Part shown: positions 1 through 10,476 of the stretch, piece by piece | Numbering within the stretch: position 1 is the stretch's first letter | How the letters are laid out: every line of letters starts with the position of its first letter | Assembly: GCA_030604165.1 (NCBI GenBank) | Contig: JAUVWK010000001.1 | Span: 1-35,483 of the forward strand | Direction: 5' to 3' | Origin: Alphaproteobacteria bacterium | GTDB lineage: Bacteria; Pseudomonadota; Alphaproteobacteria; UBA828 | DNA: 35,483 bases | The notes under the pieces: model-generated | Database searches by the model: none | Seen by the model: only the letters and a program-made list of their open reading frames with translations | Told to the model about the DNA's origin: nothing | Made by a program: the position numbers and the translations under genes

Positions 1-61
1 CGGGCGTTGTGAAGGGCGCACGGCAAAATAGGAAGTAAATGGGAAGAGAGGGAACCGCTCA

Positions 62-565
62 ATGGATGACTCTGCGAAAAAGACCGCGCTTAGGATGATC
101 CCCTACGGCATCTATGTCTTGACCGCCGAGGCCGAAGACGGCTCGATAGGCGCGGCGACAGTGAACTGGGTGACCCAGACGTCGTTCAGTCCGCCGATGG
201 TCGCGGTGGGTGTCAAGACCGATTCAGCGACCTACGGGATCATCAAGGCGTCCGGTAGTTTTGCCCTCAATATGATGGGCAAGGGCCAACAAGGAGTTGC
301 CTTCGCCTTCTTCAAGCCGACCGAGCGAGACGGCCAAAAGATCGCCGGCGAGCCGTTCCGCTCCGGGAGCAGTGGGGCGCCGATCCTCGAGAACGCGCGC
401 GCCAGTGTCGAATGCCGGGTCGCGCAAATCGTCGAACTCGGCGACCATCACGTCGTGGTCGGCGAAGTCGTCGACGCTAGCCTGGCCCACACCCCTGATG
501 GCCGCCCCGACGCGGAAATTCTGGAGATGAAGGACCTCGGCGAGAACGTCTTCTACGGCGGCTGA
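62..565 (+). CDS. Flavin reductase-like protein (FMN-binding split-barrel domain)
   Basis: 167-aa ORF. The N-terminal segment LRMIPYGIYVLTA...GAATVNWVTQTSFSPPMVAVGV and the later HHVVVGEVV are typical of the Flavin_Reduct family. A purine-rich stretch (gggaagagaggg) lies upstream of the ATG. Substrate not inferable. Confidence 0.75.
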   Translation: MDDSAKKTALRMIPYGIYVLTAEAEDGSIGAATVNWVTQTSFSPPMVAVGVKTDSATYGIIKASGSFALNMMGKGQQGVAFAFFKPTERDGQKIAGEPFRSGSSGAPILENARASVECRVAQIVELGDHHVVVGEVVDASLAHTPDGRPDAEILEMKDLGENVFYGG

Positions 566-721
566 TCCGCCATCGCGCCCCGATTTTGGGCCGGCGGCAA
601 GTCGAATTTCCGAGGAGCATCGAGCGACCCGCTTGACGCCACGTGAGGGCCGTGATTCGAGGCCATTGCGGTGCGCCTCGAGCCGCGCGGCGTCGAGCGA
701 AGCGAGGCGTGTCCAAGTTTC

Positions 722-750
722 TTGACCCGGCCCCTGGTGTGCAGTAAACC
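722..750 (+). promoter_or_regulatory. Candidate sigma70-type promoter for tRNA-Asp (TTGACC-N17-TAAACC)
   Basis: TTGACC at 722-727, a 17-nt spacer, and TAAACC at 745-750, about 40 nt upstream of the tRNA 5' end. The -10 matches the consensus poorly. Pattern match only. Confidence 0.25.
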
Positions 751-791
751 AAGCCGCCCCGAGGGCTCGCGAAACCACGACATCAATCGAC

Positions 792-869
<78 letters not shown>

Positions 870-1015
870 CGGCCCATTGGTCGTGAAACAGCGATATTTC
901 TGGGTGGGAAGAGTGTGTTCAGACGCGCAATCACGATCTGGCCTTTCTTCCCGAACGATCTATTATTACCGACGTCGGCTCGATGGTTCGCCGTGGTTGG
1001 TCAGCGCCGGGTGGC

Positions 1016-1034
1016 AAACGCCATTGCGGCGTTT
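1016..1034 (+). terminator. Weak hairpin (AAACGCC-ATTGC-GGCGTTT) followed by ATGTTT, a possible boundary between the tRNA and nuo transcription units
   Basis: 7-bp stem and 5-nt loop seen in the sequence. The T residues are partly inside the stem and the stem is short. Function is inferred only. Confidence 0.2.
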
Positions 1035-1038
1035 ATGT

Positions 1039-1065
1039 TTGCGTGACGCTCAATTGCGTGACGCT
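1039..1065. repeat. Two exact copies of the 12-mer TTGCGTGACGCT with a 15-bp period, 28 nt upstream of the nuoA start
   Basis: Copies at 1039-1050 and 1054-1065 are identical. Each contains the 9-bp palindrome GCGTGACGC (GCGT-N-ACGC). The repeat is certain; a regulatory role is inference. Confidence 0.6.
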
Positions 1066-1092
1066 TAAGTTGGTAAGGCAGAGCGACGATCG

Positions 1093-1467
1093 ATGACGGC
1101 CCCCAGTTCCCTGTTGCTCGAATATCTGCCGATCCTCATCTTCCTTGGAATTGCCGTCGCCGTGGCGGGCCTCGCCGTGGGAGGGTCGATCTTCGTCGCG
1201 CCGCAAAAGCCCGACCCGAAGAAAAACGCGGCCTTCGAATGCGGGTTCGATGCTTTCGAAGACTCGCGCGGCCGCTTCGATGTCCGGTTCTATCTGGTTG
1301 CCATCCTGTTCATCATTTTTGACCTCGAGGTCGCGTACCTGTTTCCGTGGGCGATTTCTTTCAGCGGCATCGGTCTTTACGGCTTTTGGTCGATGATGGT
1401 GTTTCTCGGCATCCTGACCATCGGCTTCGTCTACGAATGGAAGAAGGGAGCCCTGGAGTGGGAGTAG
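1093..1467 (+). CDS. nuoA: NADH-quinone oxidoreductase subunit A
   Basis: 124 aa with three hydrophobic segments, FECGFD and [19 protein letters not shown] motifs. First gene of the nuo cluster. Confidence 0.97.
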   Translation: MTAPSSLLLEYLPILIFLGIAVAVAGLAVGGSIFVAPQKPDPKKNAAFECGFDAFEDSRGRFDVRFYLVAILFIIFDLEVAYLFPWAISFSGIGLYGFWSMMVFLGILTIGFVYEWKKGALEWE

Positions 1468-1469
1468 GG

Positions 1470-1497
1470 CCATGGGTGTAGAGCCATGGGCGTAGAG
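1470..1497 (+). repeat. 14-bp tandem duplication CCATGGGTGTAGAG / CCATGGGCGTAGAG spanning the nuoB start
   Basis: Copies at 1470-1483 and 1484-1497 match at 13 of 14 positions. The first ATG (1472) opens a 7-codon out-of-frame mini-ORF, MGVEPWA-stop, ending at 1495. The second ATG (1486) is the nuoB start. Confidence 0.9.
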
Positions 1498-2040
1498 ACG
1501 GGGACCATCGGCCTGCCGCGCACGGCGTTGGCGCCGGGTTCTGACCGGGACGCGGCCTTGCGCGTCGCGAGCGACGAACTCGGCGACAAGGGCTTCGTGC
1601 TCGCTAGGATGGATCGTCTCATCAATTGGGCGCGGACCGGCTCGCTGTGGCCGCTCTCGTTCGGCCTGGCATGTTGCGCCATCGAGTTCATGCAGGTGAT
1701 CGGCGCGCGCTACGATCTTGATCGCCTCGGCATGGTGCCTCGCGGCAGTCCGCGCCAAGCCGACCTGCTGGTTGTCGCGGGCACGCTGACCAACAAGATG
1801 GCACCGGCCTTTCGTCGGGTCTACGACATGATGCCCGAGCCGCGCTATGTCATTTCCATGGGGAGCTGTGCCAACGGCGGCGGCTACTATCACTATTCCT
1901 ATTCGGTTGTGCGTGGCTGCGACCGGGTGGTTCCGGTCGACGTTTACGTCCCGGGTTGCCCGCCCTCCGCGGAAGCGCTGCTCTACGGCATCATGCAATT
2001 GCAACGGAAGATCCGGCGCACCGGCACGCTCGAACGCTGA
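1486..2040 (+). CDS. nuoB: NADH-quinone oxidoreductase subunit B (PSST/20 kDa, cluster N2)
   Basis: 184 aa with [18 protein letters not shown] and VPGCPP cysteine motifs. Confidence 0.97.
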   Translation: MGVETGTIGLPRTALAPGSDRDAALRVASDELGDKGFVLARMDRLINWARTGSLWPLSFGLACCAIEFMQVIGARYDLDRLGMVPRGSPRQADLLVVAGTLTNKMAPAFRRVYDMMPEPRYVISMGSCANGGGYYHYSYSVVRGCDRVVPVDVYVPGCPPSAEALLYGIMQLQRKIRRTGTLER

Positions 2041-2064
2041 CCGCGCGACACGGGGCGAGAGAAA

Positions 2065-2694
2065 ATGGACATCCAGGCGCTTAAAGAGCTTGGCGATCAT
2101 ATCCGGACGTCGCTGCCGGATTACGTGCGCGGCTGCGAAACCGCACACGGTGAGCTGACCATCGCGGTTCGCGCGGAAGCCGTTGTTCGAACCCTGAGCT
2201 TCCTGCGTAGCGACAGCAATTGCCGCTTCGAATTGCTGGTCGATGTTTGCGGCGTCGATTATCCAGAGCGCGATCCGCGCTTCGAGGTGGTCTATCACTT
2301 GCTCAGCCTGAGCAACAATCAGCGCGTCAGGGTAAGGGTGCCGGTGGCGGAGAACGAGGCCGTGCCGAGCGTCACGGAGGTGTTCAGTTCCGCCGGCTGG
2401 TTTGAGCGCGAAACCTGGGATCTCTTCGGCATCTATTTTTCCGACCATCCCGATTTGCGGCGGATTCTGACCGACTACGGCTTCGAGGGGCATCCCCTGC
2501 GCAAGGACTTTCCGCTCACGGGTTACAACGAGGTGCGCTACGACGACGAACAGAAGCGCGTCATCTATGAGCCGGTCAAGCTGACTCAGGAGTTCCGCCG
2601 CTTCGATTTCTTGAGCCCCTGGGAAGGGCCCGAGCACATCTTGCCCGGCGACGAGAAGGTCGAGGCCGGCGACGGAAACGAAAAAACCGAATGA
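2065..2694 (+). CDS. nuoC: NADH-quinone oxidoreductase subunit C (30 kDa)
   Basis: 209 aa with [10 protein letters not shown] and [12 protein letters not shown] motifs. Separate from nuoD; the stop overlaps the nuoD start by 4 nt. Confidence 0.96.
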   Translation: MDIQALKELGDHIRTSLPDYVRGCETAHGELTIAVRAEAVVRTLSFLRSDSNCRFELLVDVCGVDYPERDPRFEVVYHLLSLSNNQRVRVRVPVAENEAVPSVTEVFSSAGWFERETWDLFGIYFSDHPDLRRILTDYGFEGHPLRKDFPLTGYNEVRYDDEQKRVIYEPVKLTQEFRRFDFLSPWEGPEHILPGDEKVEAGDGNEKTE

Positions 2695-3869
2695 GCGAAC
2701 GTCAGATCAGGAACCTAACCGTCAATTTCGGGCCGAACCACCCGGCGACCCACGGCGTGCTGCGGCTGGTTCTGGAGATGGACGGTGAGGTGGTGGAGCG
2801 CGCCGATCCTCACATCGGGTTTCTCCATCGCGGCACCGAGAAGCTGATCGAGTACAAGACTTATCTTCAGGCCGTCCCCTACTTCGATCGCCTCGACTAC
2901 GTCGCGCCGATCAATCAGGAGCACGCCTACGCGCTCGCCGTGGAGAAGCTGCTGGGTCTTGAGTTGCCGCCGCGCGCCCAATATATCCGCGTGCTTTATG
3001 GCGAGCTGACCCGCATCCTCAACCACCTGTTGAACGTGACCACGTTGGCGCTCGATATCGGTGCGATGACGCCGTTCTTTTGGGGCTTCGAGGAGCGCGA
3101 GGTCATCATGGAGTTCTACGAGCGTGCGTCCGGCGCGCGCATGCACGCGGCCTATTTTCGCCCCGGCGGCGTGACCTGCGATCTGCCGGACAAGCTGCTC
3201 GAGGATATCCGGGCCTGGAACAAAGCGTTTCCCAAGGTTCTCGACGATATTGAACGTCTCCTGACCGGCAACCGTATCTTCAAGCAGCGCACGGTTGATG
3301 TCGGCAAGACCACGCCCGAGGAGGCCTTCGATTGGGGCTTCACCGGCCCCATGCTGCGCGCCACCGGCGTTACCTGGGATTTGCGGCGCAACCAGCCCTA
3401 CGAAGTTTACGACCAGCTCGAGTTCTCGGTCCCGGTCGGCACCAACGGCGACTGCTTTGAGCGTTATCTGGTGCGCATGGAGGAGATGCGCCAAAGCATG
3501 CGCATCATCGAGCAGTGCCTCGATCAGATGCCCGGCGGGCCGGTGAAGGTTCAGGACCACAAGATCGCGCCGCCGACCCGCGGCGAGATGAAGCGCTCGA
3601 TGGAGGCCCTCATTCACCACTTCAAGCTTTACACCGAGGGTTATCGCGTGCCCGCTGGCGAGATTTACGCGGCCGTTGAGTCGCCAAAGGGCGAGTTCGG
3701 GGTCTATCTTGTGGCCGACGGCAGTAACCGGCCGTACCGCTGCAAGATCCGCTCACCCATCTTCGCGCATTTGCAAGGGCTCGATTTCCTGAGCCGCGGC
3801 CACATGCTCGCCGACACGGTTGCCAACCTCGGCAGCATGGACATTTGTTTTGGAGAAGTCGATCGATGA
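2691..3869 (+). CDS. nuoD: NADH-quinone oxidoreductase subunit D (49 kDa)
   Basis: 392 aa. [15 protein letters not shown] near the N-terminus and C-terminal ICFGEVDR. Confidence 0.98.
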   Translation: MSERQIRNLTVNFGPNHPATHGVLRLVLEMDGEVVERADPHIGFLHRGTEKLIEYKTYLQAVPYFDRLDYVAPINQEHAYALAVEKLLGLELPPRAQYIRVLYGELTRILNHLLNVTTLALDIGAMTPFFWGFEEREVIMEFYERASGARMHAAYFRPGGVTCDLPDKLLEDIRAWNKAFPKVLDDIERLLTGNRIFKQRTVDVGKTTPEEAFDWGFTGPMLRATGVTWDLRRNQPYEVYDQLEFSVPVGTNGDCFERYLVRMEEMRQSMRIIEQCLDQMPGGPVKVQDHKIAPPTRGEMKRSMEALIHHFKLYTEGYRVPAGEIYAAVESPKGEFGVYLVADGSNRPYRCKIRSPIFAHLQGLDFLSRGHMLADTVANLGSMDICFGEVDR

Positions 3870-4480
3870 GCGCTGGGGCAAATGGCGGCGGCGGCGCGAA
3901 GCCTGGCGGCTTCACCTTTAGCCCCGAGAATCTCGACAAGAGCAAGGCGATTATCGCGAAATATCCGAACGGCTACCAAGCCAGCGCCGTGCTGCCGTTG
4001 CTTGATTTGGCCCAGCGCCAGAACGGCGGCTGGGTGTCGCGCGAGGCCATGCAGTATGTGGCCGAATTGCTCGACATGGCGCCGATCCGGGTCTACGAGG
4101 TCGGTACCTTTTACACCATGTTGAATCTAGAGCCGGTCGGGAAATACCTGGTCCAGCTTTGCCGGACGACGCCGTGTTGGCTGTGCGGCTGCGGCGACAT
4201 CCGCGCGGCGTGCGAACAAACGCTCGGCATCCACGTCGGCGAGACCACGGCCGACGGCTTGTTTTCACTGGTCGTGGTGGAGTGTCTCGGCGCTTGCGTC
4301 AACGCGCCGGTCGTCCAGATCAATGACGACTATTACGAAGACCTCGACGCCAACGGTATCAAGGCGATCCTCGAAGCGCTAAAACGGGGCGAGGCTCCGG
4401 CGCCGGGTTCCCAGACCGGGCGCCAAACCTCGGCACCGGCCTCGGGACCGACGACGCTGCATGGTCCGGGAGGCGCGTGA
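3866..4480 (+). CDS. nuoE: NADH-quinone oxidoreductase subunit E (24 kDa, 2Fe-2S)
   Basis: Cys motifs [10 protein letters not shown] and [11 protein letters not shown] chose the ATG at 3866, which forms an ATGA overlap with the nuoD stop, instead of the track start at 3845 that lies inside nuoD. Confidence 0.93.
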   Translation: MSAGANGGGGAKPGGFTFSPENLDKSKAIIAKYPNGYQASAVLPLLDLAQRQNGGWVSREAMQYVAELLDMAPIRVYEVGTFYTMLNLEPVGKYLVQLCRTTPCWLCGCGDIRAACEQTLGIHVGETTADGLFSLVVVECLGACVNAPVVQINDDYYEDLDANGIKAILEALKRGEAPAPGSQTGRQTSAPASGPTTLHGPGGA

Positions 4481-5790
4481 TGCTGAGCGACCGGGACCGT
4501 ATCTTCACCAACCTTTACGGCGTCCACGATTGGCGCCTTGCGGCGGCGCGGCAGCGCGGTGCCTGGGACAATACCAAGGCGCTCGTCGCCAACGGCCATG
4601 ACTGGGTCACGGAACAGGTCAAGGCATCGGAGTTGCGCGGCCGGGGCGGGGCGGGCTTCCCGACCGGGCTCAAATGGTCGTTCATGCCGAACGAGATCGA
4701 CCCCGAGCGGCCCCACTATCTGATCGTCAACGCCGATGAGAGCGAGCCGGGCACGTGCAAAGATCGCGACATCATGCGCCACGATCCGCACCTCTTGCTC
4801 GAAGGCTGTCTGTTTGCTGGCTTCGCCATGCGCGCCCATGCGGCCTACATCTACATCCGCGGGGAGTTCTTTAACGAGGCGCAAACCCTGCAGGCGGCGA
4901 TCGACGAGGCCTATCACGCGGGGCTCATCGGCAAGGACGCCTGCGGCTCGGGCTGGGCCTTCGACATCTATTTGCACCGGGGCGCCGGTGCCTACATCTG
5001 CGGTGAGGAAACCGGCTTGCTTGAGAGCCTGGAGGGCAAACCAGGCAGGCCTCGGCTCAAGCCGCCGTTTCCGGCGGCGGTCGGTCTCTATGGTTGCCCC
5101 TCGACCGTGAACAATGTCGAGAGCATCGCCGTGGTGCCGACGATCCTGCGCCGCGGTGCGGCGTGGTTCGCCGGACTTGGCCGGCCCAAGAACGCCGGCA
5201 CCAAGTTGTTCTGCATCTCCGGCCACGTGAATCAGCCGTGCAACGTGGAAGAGGAGTTGGGCATCCCACTCAAGGAGCTGATCGAGAAGCACACCGGCGG
5301 CGTGCGCGGCGGCTGGGACAACCTGCAGGGCATTATTCCCGGCGGCTCCTCGGTCCCCGTCTTGCCCAAATCGATCTGTGACTCGGTGCTGATGGATTTC
5401 GATTCCCTTATGGAGGTCAAGAGCGGCCTCGGCACCGCGGGGATCATCGTCATGGACAAATCGACCGACATGGTCGAGGCGATCGCCCGGCTCTCGCATT
5501 TCTATATGCACGAAAGCTGTGGCCAATGCACGCCGTGCCGCGAGGGCACCGGTTGGGTCTACCGGATGATGCAGCGGATGGTCTCGGGCGAGGCATCGAC
5601 GGACGACATCGACTTGTTGTGGGACGTGGTCGGCCAAATCGAGGGTCACACCATTTGCGCCCTCGGCGACGCCGCCGCGTGGCCCGTGCAAGGCCTGATC
5701 CGGCACTTCCGAGGCGAGCTGGAGCGCCGCATTCTCGAACGCCAAGGTGTCGGTCGCGGCGTGGCCGATGCCGCGTCGCGGGCCGCGTGA
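4477..5790 (+). CDS. nuoF: NADH-quinone oxidoreductase subunit F (51 kDa, FMN/NADH site)
   Basis: 437 aa with [30 protein letters not shown] and [12 protein letters not shown] motifs. Confidence 0.98.
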   Translation: MMLSDRDRIFTNLYGVHDWRLAAARQRGAWDNTKALVANGHDWVTEQVKASELRGRGGAGFPTGLKWSFMPNEIDPERPHYLIVNADESEPGTCKDRDIMRHDPHLLLEGCLFAGFAMRAHAAYIYIRGEFFNEAQTLQAAIDEAYHAGLIGKDACGSGWAFDIYLHRGAGAYICGEETGLLESLEGKPGRPRLKPPFPAAVGLYGCPSTVNNVESIAVVPTILRRGAAWFAGLGRPKNAGTKLFCISGHVNQPCNVEEELGIPLKELIEKHTGGVRGGWDNLQGIIPGGSSVPVLPKSICDSVLMDFDSLMEVKSGLGTAGIIVMDKSTDMVEAIARLSHFYMHESCGQCTPCREGTGWVYRMMQRMVSGEASTDDIDLLWDVVGQIEGHTICALGDAAAWPVQGLIRHFRGELERRILERQGVGRGVADAASRAA

Positions 5791-5803
5791 AGGAAGCCGC
5801 GCC

Positions 5804-7867
5804 ATGCCGACATTGACCATCGATGGGGTTGAGATCACGGTCGAACCCGGCTCGACTGTCTTACAGGCCTGCGAGCAGGCTGGCGTTGAAATCCCCCGCT
5901 TCTGCTATCACGACCGGCTTTCGATCGCCGGCAATTGCCGCATGTGCCTGGTCGAGATGGAAAAATCCCCCAAGCCCATTGCCTCCTGCGCGATGCCGGC
6001 CGGCGACGGCATGGTCATTCGCACCGACACGCCGGCGGTGAAGAAGGCGCGCGAGGGGGTGATGGAGTTCCTGCTGATCAATCACCCGCTCGATTGCCCG
6101 ATCTGCGATCAGGGCGGCGAGTGCGACCTGCAGGACCAGGCGATGACTTATGGCCGCTTCTTCAGCCGCTTCAGCGAGGGCAAGCGGGCGGTCAAGAACA
6201 AGGATGTTGGGCCGCTGATCAAGACCATCATGACCCGGTGCATCCATTGCACGCGCTGCGTCCGGTTCGGTGACGAGATCGCCGGCGTGGAGGAGTTCGG
6301 CGCGGTCCATCGCGGCGAACACATGGAAATCGGCACCTATGTGGCCCAGGCGGTCACCTCCGAGTTGTCCGGCAATATGATCGACCTCTGCCCGGTCGGC
6401 GCGCTGACCTCCAAGCCCCACGCCTTCGTGGCGCGCTCATGGGAGCTGGTCAAGACCGAGACCGTCGATGTGCTCGACGCGGTGGGCTCCAACATTCGGG
6501 TCGATAGCCGGGGGCGGGAAGTGATTCGGGTGTTGCCGCGCCTGCATGAGGCGATCAACGAGGAGTGGCTATCCGACAAATCGCGTTTCGGCTGCGATGG
6601 GCTCAAGCGCCGCCGCCTGGATCGTTGCTATGTGCGCCGCGACGGCAAATTGGCGGCCGCGGCTTGGGCCGCGGCGTTCGCCGCCATCGCCGAAAGGATC
6701 CGCGGCCTGGCCGGCGAGCGCATCGCCGCCATCGTTGGCGACCTGGTGGATGGCGAGGCGATGGTGGCGCTCAAGGACCTGATGGCCAGGCTCGGTTCGC
6801 CCCACCTCGATTGCCGCCAAGACGGCGCCAAACTCGAGGCCGGCTCGCGCGCCGGCTATCTGTTCAATAGCACGATCGCCGGCATCGAGGCCGCTGACGC
6901 AATTCTCCTGGTCGGGACCAATCCGCGTTGGGAGGCGGCGCTCGTCAATGCCCGCATCCGCAAGCGCTGGCGCCGGGGCGGTTTGGCGGTCGGCGTCGTC
7001 GGCCCGCAGGCGGACCTGACTTACGCCTACGATTATCTCGGAGCCGGCCCGCAGACCCTTGCCGAAATTGCCGAGGGCCGCCATCCATTCGGCGCGGTCT
7101 TGAAGGCGGCGAACCTGCCGATGCTGGTGCTCGGCATGGGCGCCCTAGCGCGGCCCGATGGCGCCGCGGTGCTGGCGCGAGCGCGCCAAATCGCCGCCGC
7201 CACGGACATGGTGGCGGACGGCTGGAATGGCTTCAACGTGCTGCACCTCGCCGCGGCGAGAGTAGGCGGGCTCGATCTCGGCTTGGTCCCGGGTTCCGGC
7301 GGGCGCGATGTCGACGGCATCTTGGCGGGTGCCGAGGCAGGCGAAATCGAGGCGGTTTACCTGCTGGGCGCCGACGAGATCGACACCGTGCGGCTGGCCA
7401 AGGCCTTTGTCATCTATCAAGGCCATCACGGCGATGCCGGGGCGCAGTGCGCTGACGTTATTCTGCCCGGCGCGGCCTACACCGAGAAGAACGCGACCTA
7501 CGTCAATCTCGAGGGGCGGGCGCAGAGAGCGCGCCGCGCTTCGTTTCCTTTGGGGGAGGCGCGCGAGGACTGGCGTATTCTTCGGGCGCTCTCGGAGCGG
7601 CTCGGGCACGCGTTGCCTTACGATACCCTCGATCAAGTGCGCGCGCGCATGATAGAGATTGCGCCGACCATGCAGCAGCTCGACCACGTAGAACCGGCGC
7701 CCTGGGGCGGTTTTGGCGTCGCCGGCGAGATGAGTGCCGCGCCGTTCGAAGGCGCGGTCCGGAATTTCTACCTGACCGATCCGATTACGCGGGCTTCCGA
7801 AACCATGGCCCAGTGCAGCGAACTTTTCGTGGACGCCAAGGGGGAGAAGACCGGCACCGATGGCTGA
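5804..7867 (+). CDS. nuoG: NADH-quinone oxidoreductase subunit G (75 kDa)
   Basis: Motifs [36 protein letters not shown] and [11 protein letters not shown]. Start placed at the ATG at 5804 (MPTLTIDG), preceded by AGGAAG at 5791-5796. The track start at 5747 lies inside nuoF. Confidence 0.96.
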   Translation: MPTLTIDGVEITVEPGSTVLQACEQAGVEIPRFCYHDRLSIAGNCRMCLVEMEKSPKPIASCAMPAGDGMVIRTDTPAVKKAREGVMEFLLINHPLDCPICDQGGECDLQDQAMTYGRFFSRFSEGKRAVKNKDVGPLIKTIMTRCIHCTRCVRFGDEIAGVEEFGAVHRGEHMEIGTYVAQAVTSELSGNMIDLCPVGALTSKPHAFVARSWELVKTETVDVLDAVGSNIRVDSRGREVIRVLPRLHEAINEEWLSDKSRFGCDGLKRRRLDRCYVRRDGKLAAAAWAAAFAAIAERIRGLAGERIAAIVGDLVDGEAMVALKDLMARLGSPHLDCRQDGAKLEAGSRAGYLFNSTIAGIEAADAILLVGTNPRWEAALVNARIRKRWRRGGLAVGVVGPQADLTYAYDYLGAGPQTLAEIAEGRHPFGAVLKAANLPMLVLGMGALARPDGAAVLARARQIAAATDMVADGWNGFNVLHLAAARVGGLDLGLVPGSGGRDVDGILAGAEAGEIEAVYLLGADEIDTVRLAKAFVIYQGHHGDAGAQCADVILPGAAYTEKNATYVNLEGRAQRARRASFPLGEAREDWRILRALSERLGHALPYDTLDQVRARMIEIAPTMQQLDHVEPAPWGGFGVAGEMSAAPFEGAVRNFYLTDPITRASETMAQCSELFVDAKGEKTGTDG

Positions 7868-8876
7868 GTCCAATTTCTGGCTGGATTACATCCTGCCGCT
7901 GCTGCTGATCGTCGGCTACATCCTCGCGATCGTGGTGCCGATCATGCTGTCGGTGGCCATCGTCAGCTATGCGGAGCGCAAGATCTGGGCGGCGATGCAA
8001 TGGCGCAAGGGGCCCAACGTGGTGGGCCCGTTCGGTCTATTCCAGCCGCTTGCCGACGGGGCCAAGTTCTTTCTGAAGGAAACGATCATCCCGAGCGGAG
8101 CGAATCGGGTGCTGTTCCTGCTCGCGCCGGTGATCATGTTCAGCTTGGGTCTCATTGGCTGGGCGGTCATCCCGTTCGATCAGCATCTGGTCCTCGCCGA
8201 CATCAATGTCGGCATCTTGTACCTCTTTGCCGTCTCGTCGCTCGGTGTCTATGGCATCATTATCGCGGGCTGGGCGAGCAATTCGCGTTACGCCTTTCTG
8301 GGCGCGCTGCGTTCGGCGGCGCAGATGGTGTCCTACGAGGTCTCCATCGGGTTTGTCCTGGTGACCGTGCTCCTCGCCGCCGGGTCGTTGAACCTCAACG
8401 AAATCGTCGAGGCGCAGAAGGGCCTTTGGTTTTTCATTCCGCTGGCTCCGATGTTCGTCATCTATCTCATCTCGGCCTTGGCGGAAACCAACCGAACGCC
8501 GTTCGACCTGCCGGAGGCCGAGACCGAGCTGGTGGGAGGCTATCAGGTTGAATACTCGTCCATGAGCTGGGTTCTGTTCATGATGGGCGAATACGCCAAC
8601 ATTATTCTGTTGAGCGGAATCGCCGTGATTCTCTTCTTGGGTGGCTGGCTGCCGCCCTTCCAGGTCGAGCCGCTAACCTCCGTGCCGGGCATCGTGTGGT
8701 TCCTGCTCAAGACGTCGGTTCTCGTCTTCTTTTTCACTTGGACCAAGGGAACCTTTCCGCGCTACCGCTACGACCAGCTCATGCGGCTCGGATGGAAGGT
8801 GTTCTTGCCGGCGTCCTTGTTCTGGGTCGTGGTCACGGCGGGCGCGATGCATCTGTTCGGATGGCTGCCGAAATGA
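7860..8876 (+). CDS. nuoH: NADH-quinone oxidoreductase subunit H
   Basis: 338 aa, polytopic membrane protein with the [18 protein letters not shown] motif. Its start overlaps the nuoG stop. Confidence 0.97.
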   Translation: MAESNFWLDYILPLLLIVGYILAIVVPIMLSVAIVSYAERKIWAAMQWRKGPNVVGPFGLFQPLADGAKFFLKETIIPSGANRVLFLLAPVIMFSLGLIGWAVIPFDQHLVLADINVGILYLFAVSSLGVYGIIIAGWASNSRYAFLGALRSAAQMVSYEVSIGFVLVTVLLAAGSLNLNEIVEAQKGLWFFIPLAPMFVIYLISALAETNRTPFDLPEAETELVGGYQVEYSSMSWVLFMMGEYANIILLSGIAVILFLGGWLPPFQVEPLTSVPGIVWFLLKTSVLVFFFTWTKGTFPRYRYDQLMRLGWKVFLPASLFWVVVTAGAMHLFGWLPK

Positions 8877-8965
8877 CGGCGCATTGGCAAACGGCATCGG
8901 CTCGTGTTATTGCCCGTGGTCGGGGGACGGTCCGTGCCCGCTGGCGCAGGCGGAAGGTCTGAGTA

Positions 8966-9454
8966 ATGGCTTTGATCGACCAGACCGCGCGTTCTCTACT
9001 GCTCGCCGAGTTGATCTCCGGCATGGTGCTCACCTTCCGCCATATGTTTCGGCGCAGGGTGACCGTCAACTATCCGCATGAGAAAGGGCCGCTCAGCTCG
9101 CGGTTTCGCGGCGAGCATGCGTTGCGGCGCTATCCCAACGGCGAAGAGCGCTGCATCGCCTGCAAGCTCTGTGAGGCGATTTGCCCGGCGCAGGCGATCA
9201 CCATCGAGGCCGAGCCCCGCGAGGACGGTAGCCGGCGCACGACGCGCTACGACATCGATATGGTCAAGTGCATCTATTGCGGCTTTTGCCAGGAGGCTTG
9301 TCCGGTCGATGCGATCGTCGAGGGACCGAATTTCGAGTTCGCCGCGGAGACCCGCGAGGAGCTCTTGTACAACAAGGATAAATTGCTTGCGAACGGCGAC
9401 CGCTGGGAGCGCGAAATTGCCGCGAACCTGGCGACCGAGGCGCCCTACCGATAG
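8966..9454 (+). CDS. nuoI: NADH-quinone oxidoreductase subunit I (2x 4Fe-4S ferredoxin)
   Basis: 162 aa with [12 protein letters not shown] and [12 protein letters not shown] motifs. Confidence 0.98.
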   Translation: MALIDQTARSLLLAELISGMVLTFRHMFRRRVTVNYPHEKGPLSSRFRGEHALRRYPNGEERCIACKLCEAICPAQAITIEAEPREDGSRRTTRYDIDMVKCIYCGFCQEACPVDAIVEGPNFEFAAETREELLYNKDKLLANGDRWEREIAANLATEAPYR

Positions 9455-9547
9455 TTGGGCGCGCCGCTCGCAAGCGGCACGGCGAGACGCGAACGCTTTG
9501 ACGAGACAGGAAACACGGCCGGAAGAGCCGAAAGCACAGACGCAACG

Positions 9548-10177
9548 ATGATCATCGAAACAATTGTCTTTTACGTTTTCGCCGTGGTTACGGTCGCCGC
9601 CGGTGTGATGGTCGTCGTGTCGCGCAACCCGGTGCATTCGGTCTTGTTTCTGATTCTGGCTTTTTTCAGCTCCGCCGGCCTATTCGTGCTCATGGGGGCC
9701 GAATTCCTGGCAATGGTCCTGATCATCGTTTATGTCGGCGCGGTCGCGGTGCTGTTCCTGTTCGTGGTGATGATGCTGGACATCAATTTCAGCGAGCTCA
9801 GGGCCGGTTTTTTCCAGTACCTGCCGGTGGGCGGCGTGGTCGGCGTTATCCTGCTAGCCGAACTGATCTTGGTCTTCGCCTCCGGTGCGGCGGACATCAC
9901 GCTGCCGAAAACCGTCGCCTCGCCGACGCCGCCGGCCGACGTGGTGTCGAATACCGAGGCGCTCGGCAATATCCTGTACACGCGCTACGCCTATTTGTTC
10001 CAGGCGGCCGGGCTGGTTCTGCTGGTTGCCATGATCGGCGCCATCGTGCTGACCCACCGGCGCCGGGTCGGCGTGCGCCGCCAGCGTATCGCGGATCAAG
10101 TCGCGCGCGACCCCAAGGACGTCATCGAGTTGAAGGACGTTAAGCCGGGCGAGGGAGCGTCATGGAAATCGGATTGA
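9548..10177 (+). CDS. nuoJ: NADH-quinone oxidoreductase subunit J
   Basis: Hydrophobic protein at the expected operon position. ATG at 9548 ([11 protein letters not shown]) was preferred over the TTG at 9455, whose first 31 residues are hydrophilic and unlike NuoJ. Confidence 0.9.
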   Translation: MIIETIVFYVFAVVTVAAGVMVVVSRNPVHSVLFLILAFFSSAGLFVLMGAEFLAMVLIIVYVGAVAVLFLFVVMMLDINFSELRAGFFQYLPVGGVVGVILLAELILVFASGAADITLPKTVASPTPPADVVSNTEALGNILYTRYAYLFQAAGLVLLVAMIGAIVLTHRRRVGVRRQRIADQVARDPKDVIELKDVKPGEGASWKSD

Positions 10178-10470
10178 GCCATTACCTGACCGTGGCGGCG
10201 ATTCTGTTCACGCTCGGTGTGTTCGGAATTTTTCTGAACCGCAAGAACGTGATCATCATGCTGATGTCTATCGAATTGATGTTGCTCGCCGTCAACATCA
10301 ATTTGGTGGCGTTCTCGACTTTCCTGAACGACATGGTGGGCCAGGTGTTCGCGATGCTGGTGCTGACGGTGGCGGCCGCGGAAGCCGCGATCGGCCTTGC
10401 CATATTGGTCGTTTATTTCCGCAATCGCGGCAGTATCGCGGTGGAAGACGTCAACGTGATGAAGGGATAG
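10162..10470 (+). CDS. nuoK: NADH-quinone oxidoreductase subunit K
   Basis: 102 aa, three TM segments, [11 protein letters not shown] motif. Overlaps the nuoJ 3' end. Confidence 0.97.
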   Translation: MEIGLSHYLTVAAILFTLGVFGIFLNRKNVIIMLMSIELMLLAVNINLVAFSTFLNDMVGQVFAMLVLTVAAAEAAIGLAILVVYFRNRGSIAVEDVNVMKG

Positions 10471-10476
10471 CGCCCG

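Noticed and set aside
657-681. Small hairpins in spacers, such as TCGAGGC-N11-GCCTCGA at 657-681 and CGCGG-TTCG-CCGCG at 32970-32983, as possible sRNAs or terminators.
   Set aside because: Short GC stems arise easily by chance in high-GC DNA. None is followed by a T-tract and none shows features I can tie to a known RNA family.
870-1092. Genomic island or integration scar downstream of tRNA-Asp.
   Set aside because: There is no integrase gene and no direct repeat of the tRNA 3' end in the window. The tRNA is followed after 223 bp by the core nuo operon.
1033-2637. 534-aa minus-strand ORF antisense to nuoA/nuoB/nuoC. Similar long antisense ORFs occur at 4333-5838, 10504-11721, 12377-13486, 13944-14909, 17398-19221, 22997-24376 and 28048-30348.
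   Set aside because: Each lies exactly opposite a strongly recognisable conserved gene. Their translations are R/A/G/P/D-rich with no recognisable motifs. Stop-poor antisense frames are expected in high-GC DNA. No independent start signals are visible.
3845-3865. Upstream-extended starts given by the ORF track for nuoE (3845), nuoG (5747), nuoJ (9455), tag (19251), ino1 (21188), the methyltransferase (21435), lolD (25490), dnaE (27055), rpsB (30708) and frr (33656).
   Set aside because: These extensions overlap the preceding gene or add unconserved Arg/Pro-rich residues. Internal ATG/GTG codons with Shine-Dalgarno-like sequences or ATGA stop-start overlaps give proteins with canonical N-termini and lengths.
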